Shown piece after piece: positions 30,006 to 39,440 of a DNA stretch of 40,832 nucleotides. Within the stretch, counting starts at the first letter, position 1; each line of letters starts with the position of its first letter. The stretch is from a virus, in the IMG/VR virus record IMGVR_UViG_3300024268_000164, positions 1 through 40,832 of that record; one strand, given 5' to 3'. The position numbers and the translations under genes are program-made. The notes under the pieces are model-generated. The model saw only the letters and a program-made list of their open reading frames with translations. It did not search any database and had not been told where the DNA came from.

Positions 30006-32500
30006 GCAAATGCCCCCATTCCTGTGGATTTCTTATAAACAGATGCTTCTTTCTGCATCACCTTGAACATGCCCTTGGCATCCCCTTCAACTGACACATT
30101 GGCTCTAAGATCCGGTGCCACTGTCTGCAATGCCTTAATGAAGCACTGTGTCATGCGGTCATAGTCAATGCCATTGGATGCACCAACACTTTCCACGGTT
30201 GCCGGGATGCTTGAAAAGGCTGCATCCTCAAATGCTGTGCCATCTTCCAATTCCTCTGCACCTTTGTCAAATCCGCTGACACACATTTCACCAATCCATT
30301 CAAACTTTTTGGAAGGTGAATGAATGTCAAGCACTTCCTTGGCACCGTCAACAATGCCGGTGAAAAATCCGCTGATATTTTCCATGAATTTTTCTTTGGC
30401 ATCTTTGATACCTTTCCACACACCATCCACAATGTTCTTGCCAATTTCCTTCACCTTGTCAGGAATGTCCTTGGCCTTTTTGAGAATGCCTTCAATAAGG
30501 GATTTTATAACTTCAATTCCCTTTTCCCTCAACTGTGTTCTCCACTCAACCACCTTCTGAATGGTTGCAACAAACCACTCGGCAAGTTTGCCGGGCAATC
30601 CTGCAAAGAATTCAGCCAATTTAGGCAGGATTTCCTGAAGCCATGTGACTGCATTTGCAATGAATGTAGGTATGCCTTCAGTGAAAAATAAGACAATATC
30701 ATCCCAATACTTGACCACCATGTTGATGATGCTGAAAAAAGCTGCCTGAAGCAATCCAACAACCATGTTAAGGACACCATTCAAAATCTGCATGATGGCT
30801 TCTCCAACACCTTCCCAATCACCTGTAAACAGTGACAGGATAAGGTTGAAAACACCTTCAATCACATTGTACAAACCGGAAATGAATTTCAGGACACCTT
30901 CAAATGCTGTCATAAGATTTGCAATTGCTTCCAGGATAATTGGAAGAAGCAGGTCAACCAACATCTGAATCAATGGAACCAAATACCCCTGCCAAATATC
31001 ACAAAGCTGCTGAATAACAGGAAGCAGTGCATCAACCATCAAGCTTGCCAAGTCTGTGATTGCAGGCAAAACGGCTGAAATTAAAGTCATGACAGGTTCA
31101 AGCAGTGCAAGAACCACATCCAACAATGGCATAATAAGGTCTAACAAAGGCCCAATCAAATCCAAAATAGGTGTCAATAATTTCACCACAGGTGGAAGCA
31201 CCTTGTTGACAATCTGCATAAGCGGTGGTACCAACCTTTGAATAATTGCAAAGGCCTGTGGCAAGGCTGTACTTACCAATTCAATAATCACCGGCAATAA
31301 TGCCTGTACACATGCCAAAACAGGTGGAAACACATCCTGAACCACCTGAAGAATCACCGGAAACATGGATTGCATAGTGGTCACAACCGTATTGAACACT
31401 TCAGGAAGTGTTGAAAATACAGAAGCAATTCCTTCATGAAATTCTGCACCCATTTCCGGGAATAATGCTGCCAATAATTCAGGAAACTTTGTTGAAAGTT
31501 CACTTATCAATGATTGCACTGTTGTAATAATTGCAGGAACTAATGTTGAAACGATTTCAGGAACATAGGCTGCAAGATTTTGAACCACCTGGGAAACACC
31601 CTGTATTATCCTTGGAAGGGTAGCTGTGATTCTAGGCACCAAATTATCTGCCACTGCAACCACAGAATCCACAAGATTATTCATCAATGCATCAAAGTCC
31701 TGGTTCGGATCAGCCATGCCGGTCATAAAGTTTTCCCAGGCACCCTTCAACTGCCCAATTGAACCCTGAATTGTTTCTGAAGCTTCCTTTGCTGTTGTTC
31801 CTGTGATTCCCATGTCCGTCTGAATCACATGGATTGCCTGAATAATATCATCATAGGATGATATATCATATTTGACACCTGACAGCTTTTGTGCATCCTT
31901 CAGAAGTCTTTCCATTTCTGTTTTGGTGCCACCATAGCCAAGCTTCAAGTTGTCAAGCATTGTGTAGTTCTGCTTTGCAAAGCCCTGATATGCATTCATA
32001 ATCATGCCAATATCAGAACCCATTTTATTTGCATTGTCAGACATATCAATGATAGCCTGATTTGCGGATTCTGTTGCCTTTGCTGTGTCACCATCCAAAC
32101 TCTGAAGCAAGGATGCAGAAAAGCTTGTGACAGTTTCCATGTAAGTGTTTGCAGACATTCCTGCGGTTTTGTATGCCTGGTCTGCATATTCCTTCACCTT
32201 GTCTGCACTGTCTTTGAATAAGGTTTCAACACCACCAACAAGCTGTTCATATTGTGCATAATTGTCTACCGCTGATTTTGTCATTGCTGCAATACCTGTT
32301 GCGACTGCACCGGTTGCTGCAACTGCTGCGGTTCCCACTACCTTGGCAGCACTTAATGCAAAACTGCCAATCTTGCCAAACGCATTGCCAAGCTTGCTTT
32401 TTGCGGAAGCTGCCTTGCTTGTGGTTTCATCAATAGCATCATTTGCCTGCCCATTGGAAATTGCAATGGTTCCCATAAGTTTAAAAACCTCATGGCCCAT
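30002..32500 (-). CDS. Tape-measure protein 2
   Basis: YADQAYKTAGMSANTYMETVTSFSASLLQSL...NAYQGFAKQNYTMLDNLKLGYGGTKTEMERLL is the common Firmicutes TMP core. Followed by long helical LLP-type repeats. Confidence 0.85.
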   Translation of the reverse strand: MGHEVFKLMGTIAISNGQANDAIDETTSKAASAKSKLGNAFGKIGSFALSAAKVVGTAAVAATGAVATGIAAMTKSAVDNYAQYEQLVGGVETLFKDSADKVKEYADQAYKTAGMSANTYMETVTSFSASLLQSLDGDTAKATESANQAIIDMSDNANKMGSDIGMIMNAYQGFAKQNYTMLDNLKLGYGGTKTEMERLLKDAQKLSGVKYDISSYDDIIQAIHVIQTDMGITGTTAKEASETIQGSIGQLKGAWENFMTGMADPNQDFDALMNNLVDSVVAVADNLVPRITATLPRIIQGVSQVVQNLAAYVPEIVSTLVPAIITTVQSLISELSTKFPELLAALFPEMGAEFHEGIASVFSTLPEVFNTVVTTMQSMFPVILQVVQDVFPPVLACVQALLPVIIELVSTALPQAFAIIQRLVPPLMQIVNKVLPPVVKLLTPILDLIGPLLDLIMPLLDVVLALLEPVMTLISAVLPAITDLASLMVDALLPVIQQLCDIWQGYLVPLIQMLVDLLLPIILEAIANLMTAFEGVLKFISGLYNVIEGVFNLILSLFTGDWEGVGEAIMQILNGVLNMVVGLLQAAFFSIINMVVKYWDDIVLFFTEGIPTFIANAVTWLQEILPKLAEFFAGLPGKLAEWFVATIQKVVEWRTQLREKGIEVIKSLIEGILKKAKDIPDKVKEIGKNIVDGVWKGIKDAKEKFMENISGFFTGIVDGAKEVLDIHSPSKKFEWIGEMCVSGFDKGAEELEDGTAFEDAAFSSIPATVESVGASNGIDYDRMTQCFIKALQTVAPDLRANVSVEGDAKGMFKVMQKEASVYKKSTGMGAFA

Positions 32501-32530
32501 AGGCATTCACCCCTTTCTTTCGTAAATTAC

Positions 32531-32556
32531 AAAAAGGGCTGAAATATCAGCCCTTT
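32531..32556 (-). terminator. Rho-independent terminator between the two tape-measure genes
   Basis: Minus strand reads AAAGGGCTGA-TATT-TCAGCCCTTT followed by TTG. Overlaps the TMP1 stop codon. Confidence 0.6.
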
Positions 32557-34535
32557 CCTCTATTTGCTTTTGCATATATCCTTCCAAGCCGAACATCCAT
32601 AGCAGGTGCCAATTCACCCACCAATGCACCGCTGTCAAGATATATATTTCTTTCAAGTAGTGCTTCAAGTAAATCAATGATTCTGTTTATTCTTCTTATC
32701 ATTTCATCATTTGAAACACTGTCTATTCTGTTGTTAAACTGTGCAGAAACCTTGTCAATCCATTCTGTGTTTCTTTCCAATGGAACAACCGCTTCTGCAC
32801 CATCTTCACCAATGACCGCTGCTGTTGCTTCATCAACCACAGTTCCCCTTGCAAGCCTTGGAAGGGATATTTTTCCCACGGTTCCAACATTGATGCCCGG
32901 AAGCTTATTGGCAAGCCGGATGGCACTGTTTATCAATCCAATGCCCCTGTTTATGGCCCCTTCTACCTTGGAAAGTGCCCCATTCATTCCATTCTTCACG
33001 GCATTCCCCATTGCTGTGCCAATGGAAGTGCCGATTGAACCGAATTTGGATTTTACCTTGCCCCACAAGCCGGAAAAGAAACTTCCCCAACCGGAAAACA
33101 CGGATTTTATATTTGACCATGCCTTTTGGAATGTGCTGCGGAACCATGAACCCACGGAACCGAACACACCCTTGATGCCTGACCATATCCCGGAAAAGAA
33201 GCTTCTTGCCCCATTCCATATAGTTTTCACACCATTCCATGCCTTGCGGAATAGACTTGAAAACCATGAAGATGTTGCTGAAAAGGCTGATTTGATGCCG
33301 GACCATATACCACGGAAGAAACCTGTCACCGCTGACCATGCTTTTTTCACACCATTCCATGCATCCACAAGGGCTTTTTTGATTGCCTTTCCTGCGGATG
33401 AAGCCAATGATTTGATTGTGTTCCAGGTTGCCTTCCAAAAGTTCCTGAAGCCTTCAACATTGTTCCAAAGGTATATGAAGGCAGCCACAAGGCCTGCTAT
33501 TGCTGCCACAACCAATCCAATGGGATTGGCAAGCAACACCGCATTAAATGCAAGCATTGCAGTTCTGACCACTTTGATTGCATTTGCCGCTGCGGTCATT
33601 ATCTTTCCCCAAGATATAATCAGAATGAAGGTTCCCACCGCTGTGGTTGCACCAACAATCACACCAATCCATGTTTGCACTGTTTCCTGATTCTGCTTGA
33701 TCCATGACACCATATCCTTGAACTTCTCAATCCCTGATTCAAGTGCCGGTGCAAGGTTTTCTGCCAAGGATGCAGCAATATTTCTAAAAGCTGTCATGAT
33801 TGGTTCACCTACACGGCCCACTTCTGCCATTGCATCAGTCAATCTTTCCTGGGCTTTCCGTGATTCAATAATGTCCGCATTGGTTTCCTTGTACTGCGTG
33901 GATGCAGCACTGTATGTGTCATTCAATGTCTTGACAATCAAATCCTGCCTTTCTTCTTCAGTGGCAAGGCCTGCAAGCTTTTCATTGAAGGATTCCACCG
34001 TGATTCCTGACCATTCAAGGGCATCTGCAAGGCTTCCCTGTACTTCACCCAGGGATGCACTGTGATTGATGCCTTCTGCCAATCCTTCCAAGGGAAGTGA
34101 TTCACCGAATGTGGCATATACACCGGTCAGTGTATGTGTCAATCCTGCCAATTCTTCTTCATTGTCTGCAATCTTGGCAAGGTGCTGTGATGCTTCCACC
34201 GCTTGCCCTGAATCCCCAAGCACTGCATTCAATTCTGAATATGTTCTTTTTGCTTCTTCAGAACCGTGTCCGGCTGTCAGGAATGCACTTTCCAACAGCC
34301 CCATTTCAGCCCTGTATTCTCTTGTACCTTCTACCGCACCAATAAAAGCACCACCAACAGCAAGCCCAACAGCCCCAATTCCCAGGGCAATCTTCTTGGC
34401 TGCACCGCCTATCTTTGAAAAGGCTGATTCTGTTTCATCTGCGGAATCATTTGCCTTTTTTGTGGTATCTTCAAGTGCGTTGTTTGCTTCTGTATTGTCC
34501 ACGGCAACAGTGCCAAATAATTTGAACAATTCCAT
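32547..34535 (-). CDS. Tape-measure protein 1
   Basis: N-terminus LADALEWSGITVESFNEKLAGLATEEERQDLIVKTLN and W/F-x-x-IK repeat block (FRGIWSGIKSAF, FSGIWSGIKGVF...). Follows the G/GT chaperones. Confidence 0.85.
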   Translation of the reverse strand: MELFKLFGTVAVDNTEANNALEDTTKKANDSADETESAFSKIGGAAKKIALGIGAVGLAVGGAFIGAVEGTREYRAEMGLLESAFLTAGHGSEEAKRTYSELNAVLGDSGQAVEASQHLAKIADNEEELAGLTHTLTGVYATFGESLPLEGLAEGINHSASLGEVQGSLADALEWSGITVESFNEKLAGLATEEERQDLIVKTLNDTYSAASTQYKETNADIIESRKAQERLTDAMAEVGRVGEPIMTAFRNIAASLAENLAPALESGIEKFKDMVSWIKQNQETVQTWIGVIVGATTAVGTFILIISWGKIMTAAANAIKVVRTAMLAFNAVLLANPIGLVVAAIAGLVAAFIYLWNNVEGFRNFWKATWNTIKSLASSAGKAIKKALVDAWNGVKKAWSAVTGFFRGIWSGIKSAFSATSSWFSSLFRKAWNGVKTIWNGARSFFSGIWSGIKGVFGSVGSWFRSTFQKAWSNIKSVFSGWGSFFSGLWGKVKSKFGSIGTSIGTAMGNAVKNGMNGALSKVEGAINRGIGLINSAIRLANKLPGINVGTVGKISLPRLARGTVVDEATAAVIGEDGAEAVVPLERNTEWIDKVSAQFNNRIDSVSNDEMIRRINRIIDLLEALLERNIYLDSGALVGELAPAMDVRLGRIYAKANRGKG

Positions 34536-34551
34536 AAGCATTCACCTTTTA

Positions 34552-34881
34552 TTACTGCGGAAGAAATCTTTTCACAATGCCAAGTGCATCATCTTTGGTC
34601 ATATCTTCATCCCTTGTATGCCCTTTCTTTGCAGGCTTCAGCACTCGTTTCTTCCAATCATTGAAGCTTTCCCCAGGCCCCCACATGCTGTGCATGATAT
34701 ACATGGACCACAATTTCTGTTCTTCTAACAGGTTTGCTTCTTCCTTCTTCCGCTGATATTCCATTTCAATTATGTTGCTGACAAACTCCCCAAATCGTCC
34801 TTGGTTCATGTAATGTTCCATCAGGTCCATTGGATTGCTGTATCTACTGTACAGCAAATCCATGAACCTGAATTCACCCAT
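34552..34881 (-). CDS. Tail assembly chaperone T-segment (expressed as a G-T fusion by -1 frameshift)
   Basis: Lies in the -1 frame relative to 34881..35276. Open from the slippery site through to its own ATG with no stop. Confidence 0.7.
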   Translation of the reverse strand: MGEFRFMDLLYSRYSNPMDLMEHYMNQGRFGEFVSNIIEMEYQRKKEEANLLEEQKLWSMYIMHSMWGPGESFNDWKKRVLKPAKKGHTRDEDMTKDDALGIVKRFLPQ

Positions 34882-35276
34882 TAGAACAATTTGGAAAGCA
34901 CCTTGAAAAAACCTGAATCTTTCGCACCTTCGTATGCATCAAAGATAATCATGGGTGTGGTTCCAAACTCCATTTCATTCAGTTCTTCAACACTCACACC
35001 AATCAAATCTGCACACAGTGCATCCACCTCTGCCTGGGCCTTGTATGCATTTTTAGTGATCATAACCACCATGTCACAGACAACCATGCCACCAATTTCA
35101 TTGACACTCTTTTCCCCTGACACAATCTGCACAAATGCCTGCTTCAATTCATCAGGAAGAAGCTTGCTAAGAACCTGGACAACCTTCCAAAGGTCACTAT
35201 TCTTCAGCTTTCTGATTGTATAAGGTCTTTCTACTGTTTCAACTGCTTCTGTTGTTACATTCTCAATATTGTTCAT
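34881..35276 (-). CDS. Tail assembly chaperone (gpG-like)
   Basis: 131-aa acidic protein between the tail tube and tape-measure genes. Contains the slippery site near its 3' end. Confidence 0.75.
   Translation of the reverse strand: MNNIENVTTEAVETVERPYTIRKLKNSDLWKVVQVLSKLLPDELKQAFVQIVSGEKSVNEIGGMVVCDMVVMITKNAYKAQAEVDALCADLIGVSVEELNEMEFGTTPMIIFDAYEGAKDSGFFKVLSKLF
34905..34911 (-). other. Programmed -1 ribosomal frameshift slippery heptamer U UUU UUC
   Basis: Minus strand GGT TTT TTC AAG lies 8 codons before the G stop. The -1 frame reads FFQGAFQIVLMGEFRF and joins the T ORF. Confidence 0.7.
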
Positions 35277-35296
35277 AGGGTTTCACATTCCTTTCA

Positions 35297-35920
35297 CTAT
35301 TCCTGGGTTTCTACATTTGCAACATCTTCTTTTACCCATCCGGTAGATTTGCGGATGAAGATAACATAGGGAAGCTTTGTGGTGCCATACTCAATGTCTG
35401 AATGGCATTCAAAGGTGCCCTTGAACACTGTGTTTGTCTTGTTCTTGTTTTCCATTGTGTGACCGGAAGTACACAATGCCTTTTTGAACATAACAATCAT
35501 AGGTCTGCCATCAATGTGTTCACCATAAAAGCCGAATCCGTCATAAAAATGGCCGGGTGCCAATTCAGCGGATGTGATCACATCATAATTTCCATCTGTG
35601 GTTTCTGTGATGGTACCAATCACCTGTTTTGCAACAAGTTCAGGTGTAAGTTCTGCAAAAGAAACTTCCATCTGTGCGGTTTCTCCAACCTTATTCTGAA
35701 GTTCTGCCACCTTTACGGTTGCACCATCAAGTTCAGGTGCGAAAAATTCAGGTGTGATGGTGATGTTTCCACCGTCCTGTGTAGCACCAATGATTGCTGC
35801 CAATACTTCTTCTTCTGTGGGTGCAACAGTTTCACTGTAAGTCAACCCCTGAAAATAAACACCTGCACCAAAGGGAATCTTTGACGGTGTGCCGGTTGTA
35901 ATACCTGTTTTAATGCTCAT
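35297..35920 (-). CDS. Major tail (tube) protein
   Basis: 207 aa from MSIKTGITTGT (SD GGAAGGTG upstream). Position before the chaperones fits the tail tube. Confidence 0.75.
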   Translation of the reverse strand: MSIKTGITTGTPSKIPFGAGVYFQGLTYSETVAPTEEEVLAAIIGATQDGGNITITPEFFAPELDGATVKVAELQNKVGETAQMEVSFAELTPELVAKQVIGTITETTDGNYDVITSAELAPGHFYDGFGFYGEHIDGRPMIVMFKKALCTSGHTMENKNKTNTVFKGTFECHSDIEYGTTKLPYVIFIRKSTGWVKEDVANVETQE

Positions 35921-35922
35921 AA

Positions 35923-36294
35923 TCAATTCACCTTCCATTCTTTAACTGTTAGATTGATTTGTACCTTTTTCAAATTGGCATCCCCTGTGGGAATGTCACA
36001 ATTTGCATTATCATAGACAACAGCCACCCCTGAATGATTATCAAGGATGGCTGTTTTTCCATGCTCAAAATGTTTTTCAATTTTATCTTTTGTCTGCAAT
36101 AATTCAAGATAAGAACCCCTTGCAAAGCCTTCCAATATGAAATTGGTTTCTGCCGGGCCATCTTCTGTGGGCACTTCAATGAAATTTCCCACAAAATACG
36201 GATAAACAATATCAGATGTCCATTCACCGAATTCATAATTGATTCCAAGGTCCTGAAGTTCTTTATCAATGAATTCCAATCCTTCTACTGTCAT
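35923..36294 (-). CDS. Tail terminator / tail completion protein (positional call)
   Basis: 123 aa, between the gp10-like gene and the tail tube gene. Confidence 0.5.
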   Translation of the reverse strand: MTVEGLEFIDKELQDLGINYEFGEWTSDIVYPYFVGNFIEVPTEDGPAETNFILEGFARGSYLELLQTKDKIEKHFEHGKTAILDNHSGVAVVYDNANCDIPTGDANLKKVQINLTVKEWKVN

Positions 36295-36794
36295 TTGTTT
36301 GTCCTTTCTCTCAATATTGCCCCAAATCTGCGGATGATTTTGTTCTTGTTCTTGTCAAAAGCCTTCTGCAAGGTATGGTTTGGTTTCTTGCCCTTGGTGT
36401 AATAAGCTTCAAGTCCATCAGCACGCAACATGGCCATGATCCGTTTTGCTTCTGCCAAGGTATACTGCTTTCCATTCGACTGATAACCTGTTTCGTCTGA
36501 ATTTTTCACATATACCCAATAGCCCTTGCGACCATTGCCCTTCACAGCATATTCACCTGTGCCAAATTCTTCCCAAATGGCATTCTGCTTGGGATTTCCC
36601 ACAACACATTCACCTTTGGATTTGTTCAGCACATGTGTCCATGCATTCATGGTATCACCGGTGTCTGACCGCTTATCCTGATTGCGTTTTGCCTGTGCTT
36701 CCAACTCACCACCGGCTTCTTCCAGGAAGTCAATGATTGCATCATCAATTGCTGCCTTGACAATTGCACTATTGTCTGTGAATTCAATTGCCAT
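36291..36794 (-). CDS. HK97 gp10-family neck/tail-completion protein
   Basis: IEFTDNSAIVKAAIDDAIIDFLEEAGGELEAQAKRN is the gp10-family N-terminal pattern. Confidence 0.65.
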   Translation of the reverse strand: MAIEFTDNSAIVKAAIDDAIIDFLEEAGGELEAQAKRNQDKRSDTGDTMNAWTHVLNKSKGECVVGNPKQNAIWEEFGTGEYAVKGNGRKGYWVYVKNSDETGYQSNGKQYTLAEAKRIMAMLRADGLEAYYTKGKKPNHTLQKAFDKNKNKIIRRFGAILRERTNK

Positions 36795-36795
36795 A

Positions 36796-37158
36796 TCACT
36801 GCCCCCCTGTATATTTCAGATAGATTTCCCACTGCTTGTTCAGTTCCATGGGATTGTCCATCAGTAACACATCAAATTCCTGCGAATTTGCCACCATCCT
36901 TGTGTTTTCCGCTTTCACCTTGACAGTTTTGCCTTCAACCTTCAAAGTGCCCGGAATGGGCTTATAATCACCCACAAAAATATGTGTGGTTTCCTGAATT
37001 TTTGCATTGAAATTGATATGCCCTGCCTGACCACTCTGATAATCAATAAAACCTTCCAAGTCAATGACCGGATGCCATACCTTCACTTTTTCACCAATGG
37101 CATTCTTCTTTGTGCCGGTGTTCACCTGAAGCTGTGCTGTAATATTGCCACCTATCAT
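36796..37158 (-). CDS. Head closure / head-tail adaptor protein (SPP1 gp16-like)
   Basis: 120 aa. NAIGEKVKVWHPV pattern and gene order. Confidence 0.6.
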   Translation of the reverse strand: MIGGNITAQLQVNTGTKKNAIGEKVKVWHPVIDLEGFIDYQSGQAGHINFNAKIQETTHIFVGDYKPIPGTLKVEGKTVKVKAENTRMVANSQEFDVLLMDNPMELNKQWEIYLKYTGGQ

Positions 37159-37171
37159 GCAAACACCCCCT

Positions 37172-37705
37172 TTAGAATCTTGCCTTTTTATACGGCTTTA
37201 AGAAGCCCAACAGTGCTTTGGGATAACCCATTGAAGAATTATCCCCATCCATATTGAAATAGGTCACAGAATGCCGGGAAATCGTTTCAGACTGAATGCC
37301 TACCTTCCCCCGGTTTTCCAAATCCCACTTCAGCATGTTCACAACACCCATCTTCACATCAGCCGGATATTTCACTTTGCATACCTTTACACCGGGAATG
37401 TCAGGAAAACCTTCATTCACTGTGAATGTATTGCCTGTGATTTCCTTGATTGTGTACAGTCCGCAATCCATGGCCTTTTTGCCATAAGACACCTGCACAG
37501 TATCACCCACCGCAAAGGGAACGGATGTTGCAGCAAAAACACCGCCCACAACATCCGCTTCAACCATCACAGAAGGCATCTGATGGAATCTGTTGTTTGT
37601 ATAGCTTCTGATTGTCAGTTCAAGTGCCTGAAGCATATCTTCAAGCACCTGATCTGTTTTATCTGTTGTAATATACTGCTTCAGTTCTTCCACTGAAATA
37701 ATCAT
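37172..37705 (-). CDS. Head-tail connector (gp6-like DNA-packaging) protein
   Basis: MIISVEELKQYITTDKTDQVLEDMLQALELTIRSYTNNRF is the connector N-terminal pattern. Directly follows the capsid gene. Confidence 0.7.
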   Translation of the reverse strand: MIISVEELKQYITTDKTDQVLEDMLQALELTIRSYTNNRFHQMPSVMVEADVVGGVFAATSVPFAVGDTVQVSYGKKAMDCGLYTIKEITGNTFTVNEGFPDIPGVKVCKVKYPADVKMGVVNMLKWDLENRGKVGIQSETISRHSVTYFNMDGDNSSMGYPKALLGFLKPYKKARF

Positions 37706-37723
37706 AGGGAACACCCCCTACCA

Positions 37724-38584
37724 TTAGGCCTTGGTCTTTAAGATAACAACCTTAGCTTCATTGGTAAGTGCAGGCATACCATAAGCAGTACAGATGATAT
37801 TGTCTGCTACACCCGGCTCACGGTCATGTTCAACAAGGTTGCCACGCTTCAAGAAGTAAGTGATTGCCGGCATATCATCTTCAGTTTCATTGTCATTGTT
37901 TAACTTGATAATAGGGTTGAAGTAAACACCTTCTTCAAGCTTTACCTTGTTGGAAACAACAACATCACAGCCTGCGATTCTACCGATTGCACCATTGGTC
38001 AAAAGTTCAGGACCAATCTTGTCTGCTGCAAGGAAATCAGCATCTTTTCTAAGCTGTGTTTTCTGTTTGCTGTGAATAAGAATAACCTTTCTGCTTTCTT
38101 CTTCCTCACCGAACATATCAACACCATCTACAACCGCTGAATACTTGATTGCTGCTGTGGAAGCATCAAATACATTCTTGGATTCATACAGAACCGCAAC
38201 TCTGTCATTGTCTAATTTCTCACTGATGGACATTGCAATCTGATTGGTTGCTGTGCCCATAGGGTTGCCATAACCGGAAAGCTGTGCTTCATCAGTAAGA
38301 CGAACACCTTTACCAATTTTTTTGATACCATACTGTGCAGTTGTGAATGCCATCTTTGTGGTATCAATAGGAACACCTTCTTCATAGTCCTGTGCTTCAC
38401 CGATATATCCCCACTTGGGAATGGTTACAGTGCTTCCGGGCTGCCCCTGAAGTGTGCTGTCAACCTTAATATATCCGGTCATAACTGCCTTCTTTTCTAC
38501 CTTTGCATTGATCATGTCTGATACTACCTGGGGATCGAATACATCACCATTGATGAGTGTTGTTGTTTTAGTCAAATCTGCCAT
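37724..38584 (-). CDS. Major capsid protein (HK97 fold)
   Basis: About 286 aa after the scaffold gene. Alternative start at 38593. Confidence 0.8.
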   Translation of the reverse strand: MADLTKTTTLINGDVFDPQVVSDMINAKVEKKAVMTGYIKVDSTLQGQPGSTVTIPKWGYIGEAQDYEEGVPIDTTKMAFTTAQYGIKKIGKGVRLTDEAQLSGYGNPMGTATNQIAMSISEKLDNDRVAVLYESKNVFDASTAAIKYSAVVDGVDMFGEEEESRKVILIHSKQKTQLRKDADFLAADKIGPELLTNGAIGRIAGCDVVVSNKVKLEEGVYFNPIIKLNNDNETEDDMPAITYFLKRGNLVEHDREPGVADNIICTAYGMPALTNEAKVVILKTKA

Positions 38585-38613
38585 GTTTTTCATTCCTTTC
38601 TTTCATAAAAAAA

Positions 38614-39282
38614 TTAGTTTGCAAGTTTCGCATATAATTCAGGATTGCTTGCTTTCAATTCAACCCTTGAGTTATAGCCCATTTTTTCAAACTGTTCCTT
38701 TGTGACAGATGCACCTTCACCGTCACTTTCAGGAAGTCTGTTATCACCAAGCACCTTCATTTTTCCGGCACCTGCTGATTCAAACATTGAAGGGAACTGC
38801 ACCTTCAATCCGTCTTTCAGTGCATCCCAACCTTTGATATTTTCATTTTCATCAAGTTCCAGGGATTCACCCTTTTCTTTCAGCTTTTCATTCAGCTTGA
38901 ATGTCAGATAATCAACATCAACCGCTTTTTCAGAAAGCAATGCCACCTTGATGGCTGCTTTTACTTTGGTTTCCTGCAACTCTGCCTGAAGTCTTGCATT
39001 TTCCTGTTCATATTCGGTGAACTTTCCCTGTAATTCTTCATTGCCTTTTGTTGCCTTCTTCAACTGTGCAATCAAGTCATTGGCAGACTGCAATTCTGTT
39101 TCCTTGCCATTCACCAATTCCTGAAGGGCTTCATATTTGCCCTTGCCCACATATTCACCTGTTCCAAGGTTTCCGATTTTCACCTGCTTATCCTTGTTTG
39201 CTTCATTGCCGTTGTGTGCGTTGACTTTTTCAGCCACCTGATTGAAAAGTTCTTCACCCAAGATTTCTTTTAAAAATTCCAT
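38614..39282 (-). CDS. Scaffolding protein (GP20-like)
   Basis: MEFLKEILGEELFNQVAEKV... is coiled-coil rich. SD GGAAAGGA upstream of the ATG at 39282. Directly upstream of the capsid gene. Confidence 0.75.
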   Translation of the reverse strand: MEFLKEILGEELFNQVAEKVNAHNGNEANKDKQVKIGNLGTGEYVGKGKYEALQELVNGKETELQSANDLIAQLKKATKGNEELQGKFTEYEQENARLQAELQETKVKAAIKVALLSEKAVDVDYLTFKLNEKLKEKGESLELDENENIKGWDALKDGLKVQFPSMFESAGAGKMKVLGDNRLPESDGEGASVTKEQFEKMGYNSRVELKASNPELYAKLAN

Positions 39283-39316
39283 ATCAATTTTCCTTTCCTT
39301 TGTCTGTGTTTTTATG

Positions 39317-39336
39317 TGCGGTGTCACCGCTGACAA
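39317..39336. promoter_or_regulatory. Second copy of the operator-like site: TTGTCA-GCGG-TGACACCGCA (minus strand), 34 nt upstream of the scaffold start
   Basis: Matches 21671..21690 at 15/20 positions, including an identical 10-mer TGACACCGCA and the TGTCA inverted arm. Confidence 0.55.
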
Positions 39337-39398
39337 GCCCAGTTTTAATGACTTATGGCAGGTCATATTGTGAAGGTATAAATGCCACCTTCAGGGCA

Positions 39399-39440
39399 TA
39401 TAAAAAGCATCATTTCCGTGAAACCACGAATATGATGCTT
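39399..39440 (-). terminator. Rho-independent terminator after the endolysin gene
   Basis: Minus strand reads AAGCATCATATTCGTG-GTTT-CACGGAAATGATGCTT followed by TTTTAT. The stem is 16 bp with 2 mismatches. Confidence 0.7.

Noticed and set aside
32677-33690. 337-aa plus-strand ORF, the longest plus-strand ORF outside the integrase
   Set aside because: It lies entirely antisense to the repeat-rich tape-measure gene 1. Its translation is low-complexity (Pro/Phe/Ala-rich) and it has no SD or start context. It is a typical shadow ORF of a purine-rich coding strand.
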